64,000 nt of DNA, from assembly GCA_965178125.1 (NCBI GenBank), contig OZ237735.1:1860001-1924000 (forward strand), in the 5' to 3' direction. Every line of letters begins with the position of its first letter. Within the stretch, counting starts at the first letter, position 1. The stretch comes from Bilabrum cf. latius. Taxonomy: Eukaryota. Both the position numbers and the translations under genes were made by a program. Below the pieces are notes generated by a model that was not told the DNA's origin, made no database searches, and saw nothing but the letters and a program-made list of their open reading frames with translations. Shown here one piece after another: positions 60,674-64,000 of this stretch.

Positions 60674-63600
60674 TCAGCACAATACTATTTGCCTGAACGC
60701 CAGCCATAGCACGGCAATTGCCAGCGCGACCACCAGCATGGCCAGCACCGCGGCTGGCGACCCGATTGCCCTCTGCCCTCTCCTGTCCAGCTCCGACCGG
60801 ATCCGCTCTATCGTTACGTTCCTCCTGAGTGCCTGCCAGCTGTACATGGACTCCCCAAGGGCTAGCAGGTCTTGCTTTCCATCCACCGCATCACCGCTAG
60901 GCGACGGTGGGCGAGCAGTTGCAGTGCTCCGGGAACCAGCTGTAGATCGGACCCCGCGCGACCTGGCTTGGCCCGGCTCAACGACTACCTCAGAGGAGGC
61001 ATTCCCTGACTCAATATCGGGCGCAGAGGGGTCCATCAAGCCGCGGCGTGGGGCCGGGATTTTTGTGGGAGTTGCAGCCGCAATGCTTGGCAGTCGGGGT
61101 TGAAGTCCCGAGATTTCCCTGCTATCGGCTGGTTTCTGCTTCTCTGCTTGCAACTGAGCTGACTGTCGCTCCGATGACTTCACTTGAGCCGCGTGCTCAC
61201 CTCGTAGCTTCTGCAGTTCTGCCTATAAATCTTTCAGCTGTGATTGCAGGCCCATTACATGCCGCTCGCGCTCCTGTGCGGAAGCAGATGCTTCCGAAAG
61301 CTGCTTGTCCAGGCTTTTGCACACCTCTGCCGACTTGGACGCCCGGGTGGATTGCTGCTTAAGTTCCTAATGCATAGCATCCCGCTCTTTAGACAAACGA
61401 ACCGCGCCTTGCTTCGTCGTGTCCAGCTCCTCCTCAGTGGCGGCGAGGCTTCGCCTACACGCGGCCAAATCGGCTGCAGCAGTGAGCTGTGAAGCCTTGG
61501 CTCGGTCAAGCTGCCCTTGGAGAGACTTTACAGACTCACTGCTGGAGCTCGCTTGTCTAAGGGCATCACACGCAGCCTCAGTGTGCTGCAGCTTATCACG
61601 AATAGAAATCACGCTTTCATTCAGCTGCTGGTTCTCACTTGATAGCCTGGAGATCTAGGCTTCTGCCTCGATCTGTACTTGCTCCAGCTGACTGCGCTTG
61701 GCCGCTGCTTCTTCGTACGACCTTTCAAGATCTTCGACACGCCTTCTAGCCTATGCAAGTGCTTTCTTGGTCTTCTGCCCATGCTACTGCGAGCTACCGC
61801 GCAAGTCTGCGACAGTGGCTTGCGCCTACAGCATTTCCTCCTGCAATGACGCCACCTGACCCTCCAGCTCCTGCTGGCGAGACTTGCCGCCAGACTCAGA
61901 CTCACGGGCTGCCGACAGCTCCTCCTGCAATGACGCCACCTGACCCTCCAGCTCCTGCTGGCGAGACCCGGCCTCACGGGCTGCCGACAGCTCCTCCTGC
62001 AATGATGCCACCTGACCCTCCAGCTCCTCCTGACGAGACTTGCCGCCAGACTCAGACTCACGGGCTGCCGACAGCTCCTCCTGCAATGACGCCACCTGAC
62101 CCTCCAGCTCCTGCTGGCGAGACCCGGCCTCACGGGCTGCCGACAGCTCCTCCTGCAATGACGCCACCTGACCCTCCAGCTCCTGCTGGCGAGACCCGGC
62201 CTCACGGGCTGCCGACAGCTCCTCCTGCAATGACGCCACCTGACCCTCCAGCTCCTGCTGGCGAGACCCGGCCTCACGGGCTGCCGACAGCTCCTCCTGC
62301 AATGACGCCACCTGACCCTCCAGCTCCTCCTGACGAGACTTGCCGCCAGACTCAGACTCACGGGCCGCCGACAGCTCCTCCTGCAATGACGCCACCTGAC
62401 CCTCCAGCTCCTGCTGGCGAGACCCGGCCTCACGGGCTGCCGACAGCTCCTCCTGCAATGACGCCACCTGACCCTCCAGCTCCTCCTGACGAGACTTGCC
62501 GCCAGACTCAGACTCACGGGCTGCCGACAGCTCCTCCTGCAATGACGCCACCTGACCCTCCAGCTCCTGCTGGCGAGACCCGGCCTCACGGGCTGCCGAC
62601 AGCTCCTCCTGCAATGACGCCAACTGATCCTCCAGCTCCTCCTGACGAGACCCGGCCTCACGGGCTGCCGACAGCTCCTCCTGCAATGACGCCACCTGAC
62701 CCTCCAGCTCCTCCTGACGAGACTTGCCGCCAGACTCAGACTCACGGGCCGCCGACAGCTCCTCCTGCAATGACGCCACCTGACCCTCCAGCTCCTGCTG
62801 GCGAGACCCGGCCTCACGGGCTGCCGACAGCTCCTCCTGCAATGACGCCACCTGACCCTCCAGCTCTTCCTGGCGAGACCCGGCCTCACGGGCTGCCGAC
62901 AGCTCCTCCTGCAATGACGCCACCTGACCCTCCAGCTCCTCCTGACGAGACCCGGCCTCACGGGCTGCCGACAGCTCCTCCTGCAATGACGCCACCTGAC
63001 CCTCCAGCTCCTCCTGACGAGACTTGCCGCCAGACTCAGACTCACGGGCCGCCGACAGCTCCTCCTGCAATGACGCCACCTGACCCTCCAGCTCCTGCTG
63101 GCGAGACCCGGCCTCACGGGCTGCCGACAGCTCCTCCTGCAATGACGCCACCTGACCCTCCAGCTCCTGCTGGCGAGACTTGCCGCCAGACTCAGACTCA
63201 CGGGCTGCCGACAGCTCCTCCTGCAATGACGCCACCTGACCCTCCAGCTCTTCCTGGCGAGACCCGGCCTCACGGGCTGCCGACAGCTCCTCCTGCAATG
63301 ACGCCACCTGACCCTCCAGCTCCTCCTGACGAGACCCGGCCTCACGGGCTGCCGACAGCTCCTCCTGCAATGACGCCACCTGACCCTCCAGCTCCTCCTG
63401 ACGAGACTTGCCGCCAGACTCAGACTCACGGGCTGCCGACAGCTCCTCCTGCAATGACGCCACCTGACCCTCTAGCTTGTGCTGCAATTCCAGCTTGCTC
63501 TTGGAATGATCGTCGATCTCAGCCTTCAGTTTCCGTATAGCATTGGCAGCATTATCGATATCTGATTGTAGCCGAGTAGCCTCCGCTTCAGATGCCTTGG

Positions 63601-64000
63601 CCCGATCTGTCGCAGCATCTCGTTCCCCTTCAAGCTCTGACAACCGGGCACTGGCAGATTTCCAATCCGCTGAGCCTGCTGACTTCACATCCGTAATCTC
63701 TCGTCTGGCATCACGCAGATTGCTCCTTAGCTCCTCTTGCTCAGTTGCACCCGCCTGAATTAATTTCTCGAGATTTTGGATGTTCTCCATGAGTTCCTGC
63801 TGACGAGACTTGCCGCCAGACTCAGACTCACGGGCCGCCGACAGCTCCTCCTGCAATGACGCCACCTGACCCTCCAGCTCCTCCTGACGAGACTTGCCGC
63901 CAGACTCAGACTCACGGGCCGCCGACAGCTCCTCCTGCAATGACGCCACCTGACCCTCCAGCTCCTCCTGACGAGACTTGCCGCCAGACTCAGACTCACG
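60674..64000 (-). CDS. Long coiled-coil protein with tandem repeats and C-terminal membrane anchor (5'-partial)
   Basis: ORFs 61826-63949, 61367-61612 and 60674-61183 join through TAG; ends AAVLAMLVVALAIAVLWLAFRQIVLC-TGA. Confidence 0.85.
61835..64000 (-). repeat. Coding tandem repeat of 72-nt and 84-nt units (interrupted ~63475-63790)
   Basis: (EAG|ESESGGK)SRQ(Q/E)ELEGQVASLQEELSAAR units. Confidence 0.95.

Noticed and set aside
61621-63540. 602-aa and 595-aa alternative-frame ORFs
   Set aside because: Stop-free by-products of the tandem repeat; the coiled-coil frame continues into unique sequence.
1-64000. Widespread pseudogenisation or many small genes, as the ORF track suggests
   Set aside because: Interruptions are TAG only, stay in frame and fall at Gln positions; no frameshifts were needed.

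Overview
GC-rich eukaryotic (protist-like) DNA that reads TAG as Gln, with TAA and TGA as the only stops. The supplied standard-code ORF track is therefore artificially fragmented. With TAG=Gln the window resolves into four parts. (i) Two paralogues of a ~4,000-aa secreted bulb-lectin/OTU-domain protein (<1-7730; 48156-60489) and a tail-anchored coiled-coil repeat gene (60674->64000, minus). (ii) Between the paralogues, a head-to-tail array of 5'-truncated non-LTR retrotransposon ends (8582-47173). An APE-RT element with transmembrane, poly-Q and OTU segments has inserted at the same site in this array twice. (iii) An apparently intact 25,770-bp AT-rich endogenous virophage (21108-46877) with TG...CA ends, a 5-bp GCTGC TSD, 1,533-bp TIRs and 101-bp terminal hairpins. 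It encodes MCP, penton, protease, packaging ATPase, rve integrase-chromodomain and a primase-polymerase/origin-binding helicase, all in the host code. It also carries about 22 copies of a conserved ~58-bp palindrome and a tRNA-headed putative Pol III ncRNA. (iv) A non-autonomous Ngaro tyrosine-recombinase retroelement nested in the virophage. All calls are by-eye translation and motif recognition; no searches were run.
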